The notes under the pieces are model-generated. The model worked only from the letters and a program-made list of their open reading frames with translations, did no database searches and was not told where the DNA came from. From the NCBI GenBank assembly GCA_000934665.2, contig KZ538521.1, forward strand, positions 1 to 64,000: a stretch of DNA of 64,000 bases, given 5' to 3'. The position numbers and the translations under genes were made by a program. Source of the stretch: Catajapyx aquilonaris. Taxonomy: Eukaryota. Shown piece after piece: positions 39,531 through 54,466 of the stretch; position 1 is the first letter of the stretch, and each line of letters starts with the position of its first letter.

Positions 39531-39653
39531 AACCTTCAGACCCGGAATATTACCGTAGGTGACCAGGGAGCATAACCTCTACTGTCTTATACTTTGTGTT
39601 TTGTGCCACTCTTTATAATAAAGTAATACTGGCTGAGAGATTTTAAGTAGCCA

Positions 39654-39786
<133 letters not shown>

Positions 39787-42700
39787 TAAAGACCATCTTA
39801 GTAAGGGTGTGGATGACCATCAAGCTAAGTCATTCATCACCCTGCATCCAGTCCATGTGTCAACATAGCACTAACCTATTCTTGTCGATTAAGCTCCCTG
39901 ATATTCGGCCCTTAATCTAATTGGCCGGGTACCATTTAGCACTGTTTGCTAATTCAGGACTAAAATACCTGCTGGAATATTATCAATGACATGTAGGCTA
40001 CGAATAATGTCATATTTTTACCCGTTACAATTATTTAAAATAGGGGTGACCCACCAACTTGAAAACTGCCCATCACTTACAATAGTGTGAATTTAACATC
40101 ATATCATATTTTCATGCTTTCCAGTATGAAATGCTAGTGACCACATGGCTAGTATGCCCGAGCTCTATAGACCAATAGGTTCTTTGTGGATATCACGGCA
40201 GCTTGGACCGTTGTTTACCAATCATTTAATAATACATCTTTGAGTGGTTATTACACATCAATAATTTAGCATTTTAGCCTGACAACACCTACCGTAACTT
40301 TTAGGAAATGCCTTTTTAGAGAATAAATAGTTGTAAGTCTAAGTTATCCCTCGTAACAGTCGTAAGTAAACCTACAATATCTAACCGCGGAAAAAATATT
40401 AATGATATACAAAATAATAATTAACTACTTAAATAATTGCTACTTTGCTGCATTAAAAATTTCCGCCGTTTTCATAAGTGACATGCAACAGAGAAACGCT
40501 ATCATTTTGCTGCCATTTTCACCATTAAAGTGCTGCAACATTTGAATGCCATGGAAAATCAAAAAAGACCGCAGAATAAATAAAACTAGTCCAGGTGAGA
40601 TTTGGAACTGGTGCAAATGATAGTGAGGGTGCAGATCTAGTATTCTATTAGCTTGTGCGACACGCACGTCTAGATTCAACAAGGCAGCCTGCATCCAATA
40701 TTGAAGTCTGGCTGCGTGTGAATTTCAATGGCGAGCAGGGAAAACTGCGGGTGTGTGGCGTTCCATAAATTCCACGTGCCTTTATCTGCGGCTTATTCAA
40801 AAGGGACCGGTTTGCCGATAACGGGGGCATTTGCAATGATGCACCAACCCCGACCAGTCCAACTTGGGGGCCCGGCTCTCTATTTTCTCTCCAACTATAG
40901 CTATCTTTTTTCCAGCCCAGGTTATCAGGCCTTTCCCTAAACCTACTCACGTCGACCTGCAGTATTATGGAGCCTTAGGAAGAACACATGATAAGCCTTC
41001 CTATTACTATTCCTTTCATTAACAAAGGTATCAAGGCATAATTACATTTTTATGAGGATATATACGATAATAAGTCACACGCGTTATTCTTAACGGTGTT
41101 TAACTTTACCGTTTGTATATACAGATTACGGCTTGGTGGTTTGTGACCGGTGACTCAAACCGCAATGAGTTCTGGGTAATTCCTCGGTTTTGGTTTTGGC
41201 GGGTTTTGGGTTTGGTCGGAAGGTGCAGGACTCGGAATTGCTTAACAGCAATGGTCACAAGTACTATGCTATAAGTTACAAGCCATAGCAATAAATTCCA
41301 TCTACTAACTTGTACATATTTTTGAAACGAGTGAAACGAAATAGCTTGTGCCCGACCTAACTTAGAGGCGTTTCAGAATAGCATTCCCCATAAAAGTTTC
41401 AAGAGCCGGTTTGTTCTTAAAACACTGTATGGAAATAAATCAACTTGGTCTGTACTTCTGGATTCGAATTATCTTCCCCCTTTTGTTATCCATGCCTGTA
41501 CAGTTGGTTTTAAAGCCAGAACGATTTCCATTTTCTGAGTAAATATAGTAAAACCTCAAAGGCTTCTCTCTCAGGTTGATATTCACGCTTTAGATTCCGC
41601 CGCCTACGGTAAGAAAAAAAATCAATAAATAGCTGCACACACTAGCGTTGCATATAAAAGAAGCGAGAGCGACATGCACTTGGAAATCGTGTTTGACTAC
41701 AGTAATCGAGTTCGATTCTTTCGCACCTCCTATTTGCTCCCATGCATATTAAACTGTTCTCGTCGAAGAAAATCGTCCACATTTTCATTCAAATTGCGGC
41801 CGATTGCGAATTGGTGGGACGAAAGCCTTGTGCAAGTTGCGTCACAGATTGAGGACATATTGTAGTTTATGGGGCCAACAAAAACTACAAAGAGCAAGGG
41901 GTGTGGGAAACCAGCGAGGAAAAAGTGCTGGAGGAATGTGCTTTACAAAAAAAGGTCCTCATATGATAAGTACTATGCAAGTAGTGTCCCGTAGAATTGA
42001 TTCTATGAGGTGAAGTTAAAAAATCTCCCTGGCGATATTCCAGCTGTTCATTGGCACCTCGTTTAGAAAGAAAATATTGGAATGGCTTTGGTCCAAGCAG
42101 ACCATAATTATACAGTATTACACTAGTTGAAGCTAGTTGCCTAGGAAAACACATCGCTCTTTCATCCGGCTATTACTGCTTGAACTTCCGGATGCAACAA
42201 TATTTTATTCTAACATCGGACACTATGAAAAGAGCTGTAACATTGCACTACTTACATGTGTCATTAATTGGCGACTGCAGATGGAGCAAAACAACACTAT
42301 GGACCACACTGTAACTTTGTCCAACATTAATGAGCAGTGGGGTCATTCGTTATCTGGGCATTGAGCGGGGAACCTAAGATTCTGTGCTACTGAAATAGTC
42401 CTGAACTTGATTTATTGAACTAAAAAATAAAAAATAAAAATAAACACTGCTGTATGTGTACATTTTGTTAAAATCGATTAAAGCAATAAAATTACTTGAC
42501 CAGTACTCTCTTCTGTGAAATCGCCCAATCCAACTGTCCTTATATGAAATCTTTGGCAAACCTGTTTACTAAATTAGTACTGTACCTGTAGTCTTTCCCG
42601 TGACACTCCCAAATAAAGCACTTCTTATCTTACAATCTCAGCAGAACATCGATACCTATAGTCTATGCCACATAATCCGACCACATTTCCACTGCTGCGT

Positions 42701-43173
42701 GGAGGATTTTTATAAGACACGTTTCATTGCAGGATACCCTCCGCGACCTCGTCTTTGATAATCTACTTAGCTACCGGCAGGCTTAAAGACATTTTTCGCC
42801 TACGTCACGATCCCGCACTCTCATATCGATTGCAGGTTCCGGTTGTAAAATGTAGAACTAGGCCGCCATAAATGGCCTGCAGACATAGGAAGACAAAACG
42901 GGAGGGTGGGGCAGGCATTTGATTTTAGTTCGAAAGTTCGTCTCCCACGTGCGGTTCTGTCAGCTTTTGGCGATTAGAGGACGTTTCTAGTTGTTTGTTT
43001 GTTCATAACACAAGCGAAACAATAGAATTCGGCCGCTGCATGTTGACAATAGCGGAATACAGCCCTCCAACACAAAAGAAGAAATTTGGGTCTAACAAGT
43101 ATGACAAGCCGAACTCTGGTTGTAAAACAGGTTGCATGAACATTCCCAATAATACGTCGAATAGCACAGGACA

Positions 43174-43273
43174 ATTAGGGTACAGTAACAGACTTGAATC
43201 AGGTTTATCCTGAAAGCTAGGCCACCCATACCACCCCACCTGATTCAGGTCTGGTAGTGTACTGTACCCTAAT
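43174..43273. repeat. ~100-bp hairpin / mini-MITE
   Basis: attagggtacagta…cagacttgaatcaggt is mirrored by acctgattcaggtctg…tactgtaccctaat. Confidence 0.7.
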
Positions 43274-43870
43274 AATTTGAGCTGGCGACCATGTCCAATA
43301 GATGGACAAATATATTATTACAACACTATTATACCTGGTTTTAATTTAATTTAAACTAGAAAGATGCACATGTTGCTGATAACGAGTCGAAAGGGTGGCG
43401 CTTAATTTCGTCATCATGGACAGCAGATTTCACAGCTGCTTTGTTTTTCGATACGTGATGACGTAGCAGCTTTTCAAAAGGGCTCGAAAGTTGGAAATGA
43501 CTGTAGCGTAATCACTCTTCGGCTAAAATGAGCCGAACAAGCCTCCGTCCGTGACGCCAAAGTACGTGTCCCTCAGGCCTTGCCGTCAGGCTCTTTCATG
43601 AGCTGTCGTGCTGCCATCTAACTGACTAGCCAATGTATCAAATGCACAACAGAAATCATTTTAAAGCTGGACCCTTACGACATGTACTAAAATGTCAAAA
43701 AAGTTTGGGACACTCGGAATCAACACTGAACAGCCAGATGTCGCTGTAACACTATGATTCTTAGAAGTTAAAGTAGTTTGCCATCGGCTGTCCCAAGCAA
43801 GTGCTCTCTTATAGTACAGTAAAATCATGTTATTTATATACTGTACATATAACACCAAAATATGTCTGAC

Positions 43871-44100
43871 CTAGCATTCCGACAGGGAAGTCTGAGTTGG
43901 CTTCCAAGGAACCTCCGATGACACTCTGAGTGACGACCCACACATAGTTGGCTCCAGTCAACCCCATTTCCTGAGCTGCTCGCAGGATGTCCGTGGCCTC
44001 TTCTGTGGTCGAGTACAACAGGATGACCCGTGCCTCCGAGTTGGCCAACTCGGACAAGTCTTGCGGAGATAGCACGTTGACCGTGCTTATGATTGTGAAC
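43871..44100 (-). CDS. Nmdar2: NMDA receptor subunit 2 exon (ATD)
   Basis: ctacag|G…CTA G|gtcaga, 230 nt, phase 2 to 1. FTIISTVNVLSPQDLSELANSEARVILLYSTTEEATDILRAAQEMGLTGANYVWVVTQSVIGGSLEANSDFPVGML(G). Confidence 0.95.
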
Positions 44101-44514
44101 CTGTAGAATGAAAGAAATGAAAATGTAAGCTGTTAATATTGCAATTGCTTGGCAGTTGCAATAAAATCTAAAAGGAAATGTGTGTGATGCCAAATAAGCT
44201 GTATGCACTACTTTTATTGTCTACTGGTACAGGACTACCACACTTTTCGAAGTTTGTTCTGATTATTATGTTCGGTTTATTTGTAGACAACTTGTTGGAG
44301 ACTCTGTTATCGTCGCCTAGTTTCCTTTTCCATCCATCTCACCTTCCATGTCCCCCACCTTCCCCTGTTTCAGAGATCATAATTGCAAACATTTGTACTA
44401 ATGTAAATTAATTCATAGGTAACCACAGTATTTGAACCCGATAATACAGTTGTGGGGGTATGCAAATAAAGCAAAAATCACGAGAGAAGGAGAGAAACAA
44501 AAGACGAACTACGC

Positions 44515-45153
44515 CCCCCCCCCCCCCCCAGACCCCATTTTTGACCAAAGTGTTCCAGGCTTGTCATTTGAAAACCAAAGGCGTTACGGATATGAACTTT
44601 ACTGGGTTTTGAAGCTATATTGGTTTCGAGGTATAGGGATGGACCAATAATCACGCGAGGGGGCGGGGGGGGAGAGAAATGACCCCCCCCCCCGCCCCTA
44701 TCAAGAATATGAGTAATATTTAATTAGAAAACCAAAACAGTGTTGTCGAAATTATCTGGACTGGGTTTTTGAGCTCTAGTTATGTCACTTTGTGGTTTTA
44801 TTGTATTATAGTAGTGTACGTATTATGTCGTGCCTCTTGGCCGACCCTGGACTAAATAAAAGCATGCAAACAAACAAAACACTTTGTGGTATACAGATGG
44901 CTAAAAATCCGTTACTTTGTCCAACACACGGTACAAGAATCCTATTCTTTAAATCCATGCCGGGGATGAGGGGGGGGGGGGTTGGTTTCTTTTCCCCTCC
45001 GCCTCCTCACGTGATTATTGGTCCATTTCTATATCTCATAAAGTGAAATCGATAGCGATTCAAAACCCAGTAAAGTTCATATCCGTAACTATTTTGGTTT
45101 TCAAATGAAAAGCCTGGAACATTTTTGTCAAAAATGGGGTCTGGGGGGGGGGG
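44515..45153. repeat. Inverted repeat pair (~150-bp arms) bounded by C/G homopolymers
   Basis: cagaccccatttttgac…ggatatgaactttactgggttttgaa…ggaccaataatcacg (44515-44670) is mirrored at 44994-45153. Confidence 0.85.
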
Positions 45154-45431
45154 NNNNNNNNNNNNNNNNNNNNNNNNNNNNNNNNNNNNNNNNNNNNNNN
45201 NNNNNNNNNNNNNNNNNNNNNNNNNNNNNNNNNNNNNNNNNNNNNNNNNNNNNNNNNNNNNNNNNNNNNNNNNNNNNNNNNNNNNNNNNNNNNNNNNNNN
45301 NNNNNNNNNNNNNNNNNNNNNNNNNNNNNNNNNNNNNNNNNNNNNNNNNNNNNNNNNNNNNNNNNNNNNNNNNNNNNNNNNNNNNNNNNNNNNNNNNNNN
45401 NNNNNNNNNNNNNNNNNNNNNNNNNNNNNNN
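45154..45431. other. Assembly gap (N run) between poly-G tracts
   Basis: Run of N. Confidence 0.99.
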
Positions 45432-48400
45432 GGGGGGGGGGGGGCTTTCCATATATCTGCATATTATACAGTATGACAATACCAAGAATAATCTCAGTAC
45501 GTTATTTTTGGACCTGTTTGCAAATTGAGGCTTAATTATATATGTTAAATGCCATGCCAGCTGGGTAAAGAAATAACTTCGCAGTGACACGCAATAATAC
45601 AGTACAGAAGAGCTTTCACCATTTTCTCTTCACGCTTGCCTAGGATAATCTACCTGATGGTTTGTGGGCCTTGATTCGTTGGCTTGTTAAAATTAAACAC
45701 GGAATCGCCGGTGCCGTATTATCATAGTAAGCCTGCATATGTTTCATCCTCGACTAGAACATAGTTATCGGGTGTACTGTACAGCGCCAAACCAATTAAG
45801 ACCCCTAATTTCGAATTGGTAAAAAAAAACCACATTCACGAGCCACTGATTTCAAATCAGATGATCAAGATATATGATGTTCCGCAATAATCCAAAAATT
45901 ATCAAAGGCTTAATCATGATATAAGGTCCCAGAAGCGCAACAGATATGAAAGTCCAGTTTGATAGCAGGACTTCCCAAGGTTCTTTCACCCCAGAGTCAT
46001 CAGCTGAACTTTTTGATGTTGAAAATCCTTCGTTACAGTGCAACTTTACAGTAGACGAGGTCCGCTTTGAGATGTAATCCGTAGTTCATGCACCAACGAC
46101 GTCACAATGCAGAAATATGGAAGGCATGACATCACGCGCTCCACCTGGGCCCCTCATTTTTTTCCACCACCTCCTCTCCCCTCCCCCTCACAAAAAGAAC
46201 CCATCTATGGCCTGGGTCGTAAAAACTTATCAACACACTCCAGCTGGCCCTTAGCAAATGATGAACGACTCCCATAAATAACCCCACGCCTGAATGCTAC
46301 GACACCCAACTGAACGCATATACTATATTAAAAAATGCTCCCAGGCAATAAAGCTCGTTGAATATTAAAGAAAGCACAAGTCCGGTTAAAAAGAGCAGCC
46401 CTGCAGCTTCGATCCTCTTCACAAATGGCACCATGGGCCCAGTAGAGAAAAGACAGTGTGTATGTCACACGAGGCTGGAGTAAAATCCCTGGATGCCCCT
46501 AGCCATGCCTGACATTTGCATGAACACAGCAGCTCCCCAAATTAGGCCTGGGGGGAACCTGGCAACAAAGGTACCTTCCGCCATCCTCAACCAACCCACA
46601 TTCATCCCTCCCACCCCTTATATGCAGTGGCTCTTCTCTTTCGCTCAGGCACCCGAATTACGCTCCTGGCTTCTTCCGAATGGGAATTGAGAATTATTTC
46701 TTGACTCCCACCCCGACACTCCACCGGTCGGCAATGTCCCGCTGGGGATTCTTTTCGTGGGTTGCGAGGCTTCCAGAAATGAACTTGGGGAAGATTGTCC
46801 TGTTGGGGATTCCCCACACGGTACTAGTCGGAGGAGGTGGGGGGGAAGGTGATAGGTGCGGGCTTATTTTGGCTCTCTTATCAGTATCGCACTTTCAAAA
46901 TTGTGCTGGTGTACTTTGTGGGATGGGTTTCTCCGCCAATTTTTTTGTCGTTGCGAAGTTGGCTCGGTGGGAACTGTGAAGTACGTGTGACATATTGTGA
47001 GGGACACAGGTGATCAGTAATCATATGGTCATGGCTGTTTAAACGTACTGATATCACTCTTTGAAGACAATGCTACATATATACACGCAACAGGCAAAGT
47101 TTAGATTCATTTCATTCACACCTTCTCTCCCCACTGCTAACCGCCTAGATTTATGCTCTCGCTTTGGGCACTGGTGACACCTGCTGAGTGCTGATGCCTA
47201 ACTGCAAACTTTTTTAAAAATGTGGGAGTGTTTCCGACAGACGCGGTGGGCATTGCTGAGGTTTGTGTTCATTACAGTTATATGACGAAAACGTTGATAT
47301 GCACGCAGTTTGCTCTTCCACAAACAATATACCGAGATAAAACGACACAGAATATATTACTAACCTATTCCCATAGTCGCTTGAGGAAACATGGTGGAAT
47401 AATGTAGTATTAAAGTTACCTCAGAATGCATAATAAAATATCAGTGGCTGAAAAACATCAATAAATTGTCATTTTCATTGTATAAATTAGAAGTGCAAAA
47501 AAGAGTCAGTGTATTGATATGATACTCATTGTTATTGTTGTAAATGTTATGCATGAACCTCTTCAGAACTGCGCAGATTCTAACGAACGATGGGGGACAC
47601 TGCGAGAAGGAAAGTAGAGGAGTAAATACGATATTGAAAATGACATCTTTACAGTGTGTACGTTGTCCTGGACGGGTAAACATAGTTTCAATTCAAGGTT
47701 GAAACGACGTCGAGCAGAAATGGACATATACTGTAGAATAGACCACTATCAGTTTTACTGTATATCCATAGCAAGTTCAAAAAAAAGGAATAATTATTCC
47801 TTTCTGTCCTGATGGAACTAGTTAGATCATGTAGAGGCGTATGGAATGCTCACGTATTAATCCAGTTAACACAGCTGCTATATCCATTCACCTATTTTAC
47901 CTAATATACTCATGATTGTCTCAAGAAACCTGAACTAGTAGACTGTTCAATTTGAATTTCCTGGGTGTGTTAACAGCATGAGATGATTTCCCACACTTCC
48001 CACCATTTCCCCTCTCAAAACTACCTCAATGCAAAACACAGGAATTGATTGGGCCATTACTATATTTGTTTGGCATCTTTTGTAAAATTCAGCAACTACT
48101 TTATTCACTATGCTACTCAGAGGGAATAGGAGAGGAGCTATTACATTATTAGCAACTTGAACTGCGCAAGACAAGTGTTATTATTAATAAATCAACAGTC
48201 AATATCTGCGAAGGGTGTGGTGCTCGTAACGAATTACTTAAAAATTCCTTTCAATGATTTAGCTTGTTCCACTTTCACCTGATCACGACTATACGTACAG
48301 TATAATTATGAAATCAGAAAATCATTGCTTCAGGACATTAGAAGGCACTTTTTAAGAATAAATGCGATTAAATGTTGTCATGTGACACTATGAGAAACAA

Positions 48401-49710
48401 GTGCGAAATGTCCCGACAGACTTTTTAAAGTGCTGGGGAAGGGGGAAGAAATAATCTCTTTTTCGATATCAACACAGCGCAAAAGGCAGAAAATGCACCT
48501 GTTAGTGACACGATCGTGGCTTTGTCAGCTTCCTCAAATAAATCTATTTGCCTCCAGTCATTCAGATTTTCAAGAATTGAAACTGATGCAACATAATTAA
48601 GCAATCATGTTCATGGTCTGGGTTTAAAGCTGTCATCATAATTATTAAAATTAGCCTGAACATTACATTAAGGAACATCCTTTTTGCAGTGACACATTCG
48701 ATTGACAACTTGCCCAAAATGCCAAGCTCTACGATCACAGAGTAAAGATACCGGTACGTTTTAAAAAATCCAGTGGAATATACACAAAAAATAATGCCGG
48801 CATATTACGCAGACTTGATAACATCAGCTACGCCACTTCATAAGGTGAGGCTTTAAAATACCGTTTCGTTTATACTGTACGTATATACGTAGTAAGTGAA
48901 ATTTGAGGTTTATCTGCCCAGTGTAATGTAATAATTATAAAGCATTTCAAAAATGCTGGGTAAAGGTAGTGGTTTTGATGCAGTAGGCGATAACCACCTG
49001 TTTTACTGGCAATTCCTGCTAATAATTACTGTATTATTACATAATGAAATAGGATAACGCGTGTTTTTTCTCCTATCGATTATTATTTTGGAAAACCCGC
49101 ATATTTTGCTGTTTTCCCTCATTCTCCCACTTTTCCCCTTTGAAATTACGCAAAATTACGCGAACCCGAATTTTCCTATAATGGAATCCACAGGAAATAG
49201 CTGACTTTAATTTTTGCTGAAATTTTGACATGAATGCAAATGATTTTCCCCAAATATAACCCAATGATATGGCCAAATCAATTTAAGATCTGAAATGCAG
49301 AGAGATTATAGCCACATTTTGGTCTAAATTGAGTTATAAGTGTTATTTAATAGAATCTTCGACGGACGTCTAATGGCCAAGACAATTTTCTGATAGAAAT
49401 ATTACAGCACACTATACAAAAGCTTTCGAAAAAATTCACCCAATTAGGAATAACGCAATATTCAAGCCTCAAACCCTCATAATCATCTCGAAATCATTCA
49501 ATTGTGACACTTGATTGTTATACATTTCACATCTTCAATATATTGATTTGACCACTTTGTAATTATTCTTAGTGTAAAAGAAGTAAAATGAATAACTAAA
49601 TACTAAGGAAAAGGTGTAAGCAATATTTCAAAGGTGTTTTTCTCATATCACTGCTAATGCTCCTCTGGCATGCACAATTTATTATTATCCTTAAAGTTTT
49701 AGGAGGTTGC

Positions 49711-49811
<101 letters not shown>

Positions 49812-51289
49812 TTTCGCCTATTTTCCCCGCCTAAGATATACCTTGGTGCTTGCAATAAAAGTTCTAGTACCGGTATTTTGTAATATAGGAATAGAATAGC
49901 TGATGTGATTTTAGTTCATATTTCACATGTTTCTGCTTCGCACGTTTTGATGCCTGAACTGTTATGCGCTTATGAAGTGGTGATCTGTTGTAGTAGCAAC
50001 TTACTTTGAACATTCCTCTCTTATGAAGTCGGCTCAGTTTTGAAGCAAATTCTGCTATTATAATAATTGGTTACCTTAATGTTATTTTCTGACACTGTAA
50101 TGATGGAAGACAACATAATAATAAGGATAGCTCAGAGCCATGCCTTATTCTTTCCCAGAACTATATGAAATCATTAAAGCAGAAGGAAAGAAAACACTGC
50201 TCCTTAAGAATTCTGCCGCAGGTACGGGCATTATTATTTTCATATCTCATGGCCGTGTTTTCTTACGACTGTCTGCATTTAACACAAAATAAATGGAGAG
50301 CCAGAAAAATGACATCTTCTATGGGAATATAGGCCAAAGCTTCCTTTTCAAATTAAAATTGCAATGCCCACAGGGAATCATATTATTGGAGTTCCAGCAG
50401 CATTTTTAAAGGGCGGAAGTACTATTTGCATAACCAACGAAATTTTCGTAAACAAGATAAGGGAAAATGGAGGAAGTCCGTGCACTTTCTTTGATAAATG
50501 AATTTTACCTCGTTCACTGCTGGAAAAGCATTGGTTTGTTATATATATGTTCAGAATATGTCAATGAGGCATCTACATTACTGTTTATGGTCTTATTTTT
50601 TCATAACATAGTGTACCATTCGAGTATTGTACTTGTGTTAAACAAATGTAAAATTCAGGAGCGAAAAATGTCGCGGCAGCAACCTGTAACCATAATTATA
50701 GTAGACGAAAAAAAATTTGCATGTCTTTATAGAAATGAGTGTTTAAATGGGAAAATTCATGGTGTATAGAGTTTTCCCACTTCATATAACACCAAAAGTG
50801 AAGAAACAATATTACATACGCTCAGAAAAGTGGTCAGAAAAGGCAACATAACAACTAGAAAAATGTTGACCACACAGTAGACTTCATTGTGGTTTTACAC
50901 AGCGATACAAACCGTATTTCAAGTTGAAATCGCGGTGGAGTTGTTGACACTTTCGCAGAAATCTGAAAACAGTCTCTGCAGCAGAACTTGGGGACCTGTT
51001 TCTGCCACATCCACTTTTCATAGTAATGAGGTAACAACCAAATGCAAATCCAAGTGTCATGTTCCGTCATGTCCCCTGAAAATCGCTGAAGGTATCATGT
51101 AGAAAATGACGATAGCTCAGATTCAGTTCCACTTTTGACATGCTTTCAGGATATTATTACTCTCAGAGCATTAAACTGACTCTTGCCACGTTAAACGCAA
51201 CCCGGAAATTTCATAATTACATAATCACACTGATCCTGAGCATGTTCGCTTTGCGGCTTCACATTTAAACATAAAGGAAATTCACTTAC

Positions 51290-51477
51290 TTGAACTCATC
51301 TTGAAACTCCAGCACTTGATCTCGGACGGCCTGCACAAATTCGTCGTGTCCTGCGATTTGGCTGGTCACTATTGAAAACTGATGCCAGGAGTATCGTGCC
51401 AGGATGCTCAACATGGCCGCGGTCTGATGCTCAACCGATGGGGCCAGCTGCAGGTGGAGACTGGAGTGCGAAGTACG
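51290..51477 (-). CDS. Nmdar2: NMDA receptor subunit 2 exon (ATD), not called in the ORF track
   Basis: tttcag|CGT…TTC AA|gtaagt, 188 nt, phase 0 to 2. [62 protein letters not shown](K). Confidence 0.95.
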
Positions 51478-52655
51478 CTGAAATGATATGTAAACATGTC
51501 GGTTAATTGAGGAGCAAGGCTGGCAAGGGAGGAAGGGGACAGCTCGATTATCAAGTGTCGGGGAAAGTCAGCCGTATCGGGATTTCCCCCAGCCAGACCT
51601 GATCTCGTGTCAGGTTTGCACCTCAAGTAGGACTGCTAAACTGCTGTTTGCATGTGCGCACGGGAGTCAAAAAGTGGGCGTACAGTACGAGTGACACTTG
51701 GCTGGAGAGTCCGCTGGGGCATGGGACACTGGTAGTGAGTAGCATTTGGACGCCTGCGGCTTGCCACAACAGGAGCGGAAATAAATTAGGACCAAGGTGC
51801 CGATGTCATGTAGTTATCAGTAGCTCCGTTTGATGTATATAGCTACTGTGAGTGCTAAATTATAAAAGCAATTAAATTCGGGTGAACATCTTTTATTAAA
51901 TAAATGTACATGCACTAATTGAGAAAGTCCGTGATGTGTACATATTATCGCAGTATGGAGAATTCATTTTCCGCCCAACACTATTAAGTATTAATTAATT
52001 CCTGGGAGGTTGCATATTGGTATGCTTTATTAATAATGGGAAAGCTTATTTATTAATTGCTTACACGAGCCAATAGCATGGATTCTGCATTGATTAGCAG
52101 TGGATAATGTATGTGGATTTTAATAATCCAGTACTTAAAGTCTCCCCCATTCTTTTGTTAGAAAATAACATTAATCCCCATCCTTGCCCTACATCCTTAA
52201 AGTCCTTGCACGGAGTTCGAAGAAAATAAGAAAAATCGATGCAAATGGTGGTAATCCACCCCCTAAGAGAGCACTGCTCTATCAAGGGGTAAAAGTTATA
52301 AAAAAACATTATTCTTGTGATAAAATAAGTCTGGACACATTTTCATTAAAAGGTTTGTACACTATACTGCATTCCGTATACAGTATAGGCTATATCAATC
52401 GTCCCTGTATCTTCAGAGTTGCATAGCACGTATAGTATACAAGTTACAGAATCGCGTTTCTATGTGCCGACTTATTGGATTAGTGACTCATACTATATTG
52501 ACACAAAGCATCGAAGGGAATACCCCAGTAGAATCCACAATGATGTCGATTATAACGCAGGGTCGAGTCACTTTTGGAAATCGTATGGCCATTGCAAGTT
52601 TCCCAGGCTGAACCATTCCTGACTGCTTTTTGGGGGGGTCAAGTATGTTAAGCAC

Positions 52656-52709
52656 ACAAGTGTTCCACAACAAACATCGGACAAGTGTTCCACAACAAAC
52701 ATCGGACAA
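52656..52709. repeat. Perfect 25-bp tandem duplication
   Basis: acaagtgttccacaacaaacatcgg x2 plus acaa. Confidence 0.95.
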
Positions 52710-52801
52710 CTGAAGCCTGAAACTAATACAGTCTACTTGATTCATACTGCATAATGCATTTCGACAGTGTGCACACTGAAATGCGACAGTGCCAAGTTTA
52801 C

Positions 52802-53098
52802 TGCCGGCGCTGGTGGTCTGGTGGTTAGCGCGCTCGCCTCTTGACCCAAACTTGTGGGTTCGGATCGGGCCGAGGTCGGTGACTTTTCTCCGGGTGGTAA
52901 GTTATGGAAAAGTGAGAGTGCGCCTTCCTTCGGCTCCAGGGGAAGTAAAGCCGTCGCGTCGGTCCCGTCTGCTTGTGACATTGCGCGAGTGCACGTTAAT
53001 GATCCTCAGAGTGGCCAAATTTCCAGGGGGAGGACCACTCCCTAGCGTCGGTGTTGAGCCTTAGCAGCGGAAATAGTCCGACGTTAAGCCCCCACTAA
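52802..53098 (+). mobile_element. tRNA-derived SINE with Nin-like central domain and Ruka-like 3' end
   Basis: A-box tggtctggtggttag, B-box-like ggttcggatc, gtaaagccgtc…ggtcccg…tgcacgttaatgatcc, 3' gacgttaagccccc. 14-bp TSD agtgccaagtttac (52788-52801, 53099-53112). Confidence 0.85.
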
Positions 53099-54254
53099 AG
53101 TGCCAAGTTTACAACAAATTCCTCGAACCTATACCACCTTCTAAAAAATTCACATTTTGTAACTCTTCTTGAAGAGGCTGAGGGAGATGAATTGGATATA
53201 CCCGCAGTGGTTTTGTGCCCCTCGTATTATTCAGAGAATTGCTTTGAACGGCAGATATTCCTGAAAGTTTGCTTTCCTTGATCTCCTTCCATTTTGATTG
53301 CATTATGTGCCACTGACATCAGGGGTTGTGTACGCCAGTGTGAAGCATTATTGGGTCCCAAAGCCTCACCATCAAGCTACTGCAAAGGGAATAAAAAGGG
53401 CATGGGAAACGGAGGACGGGAGGTGGTGGTTGCCTGCTTCCAATTCACTGTAGAACCACACCTGCGAGATTCTATGAATACACAATAGGGTCAGGCTTCA
53501 AGAGAAGTCCCTTGTCAGATACTCCCAGAAACGGGGGGGGGGGGGGATTGAGATTAAACGCTGCCAGACGATGCCGGGTTACAAGTAAACAACGTTGATT
53601 CTTGCGCTTTAAATCCAAGAAAGGACCAAAAGTGGCGAAGAAATTTCATCCTGATGAATCCTCTCTGTCCGAGCTTGAAATTTGACCCCCCTTTTCTATC
53701 CCACCCTCTCCCTCACCCCTCCCACACTTCTTCACAAACTCCAGCAATCTTTCCGCTTCTTCAAGCTTTCGTCTCATCTGATCTCCTCTTTGGGGAGAGA
53801 AAAGCACGATTTCCTGCCCCCTCTTTTGCCAGCTAACGGCACTTGAAAGACTTGACTCATCGACTTGTAGGGAAAACTATACGTAGGATTCTTCCGAGGG
53901 TATCGACTTATACTTGATCGCTCAAGGGGAACCTTCCTTCGTTTCATTTCCTCTTCGCAGCTGGCGTGTAATGTTTTCTGATTTCGAGCTGGGATTTTTC
54001 CTGCCGGTAACCTTCACTTTTTTCTCAGTTATGTTGTCGGTGGTGACGGTGATGGATCTACAACGTTTGGTCTGACCAAACTATGAGTGTTACTACTCCT
54101 TAGCCAGCAGGGCATTGCCTTAATTTGCGGGACGATTATGTAAAATATATTGTGGTCCATTCATTTTGTTATATTTATTACTTTATTATACTGTTCCTTT
54201 TTTAAAGGCTATATGTCATACTTTCAAATTTTGTTCAACATTTTGAATCTTTGG

Positions 54255-54466
54255 GACCCTTTTAGGCTTACGTCCAAAGCCCTCGGATTTTTGCTGAAGC
54301 GAAGTTTTTTCTTCCTGTGAAGGGAGCCAAGAGAGGTAGGCGGGGGGACATCCAACGTACCTCCCCTCACGGCGGAAGCTAATGGCCCTCATCCCACTAT
54401 TTACAACGTGACTGGGAATCAAACCGGCCCCAGAGGTGAAGGGTCAGAACGTTAGCCCTTAGACGT
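54255..54466 (-). mobile_element. Degenerate tRNA-derived SINE fragment
   Basis: Minus strand gtctaagggctaacgttctgacc…ccggtttgattcccag resembles a tRNA head with A/B boxes. Confidence 0.5.

Noticed and set aside
52656..52709. CRISPR-like repeat
   Set aside because: Only two adjacent copies with no spacer, in a eukaryotic intron.
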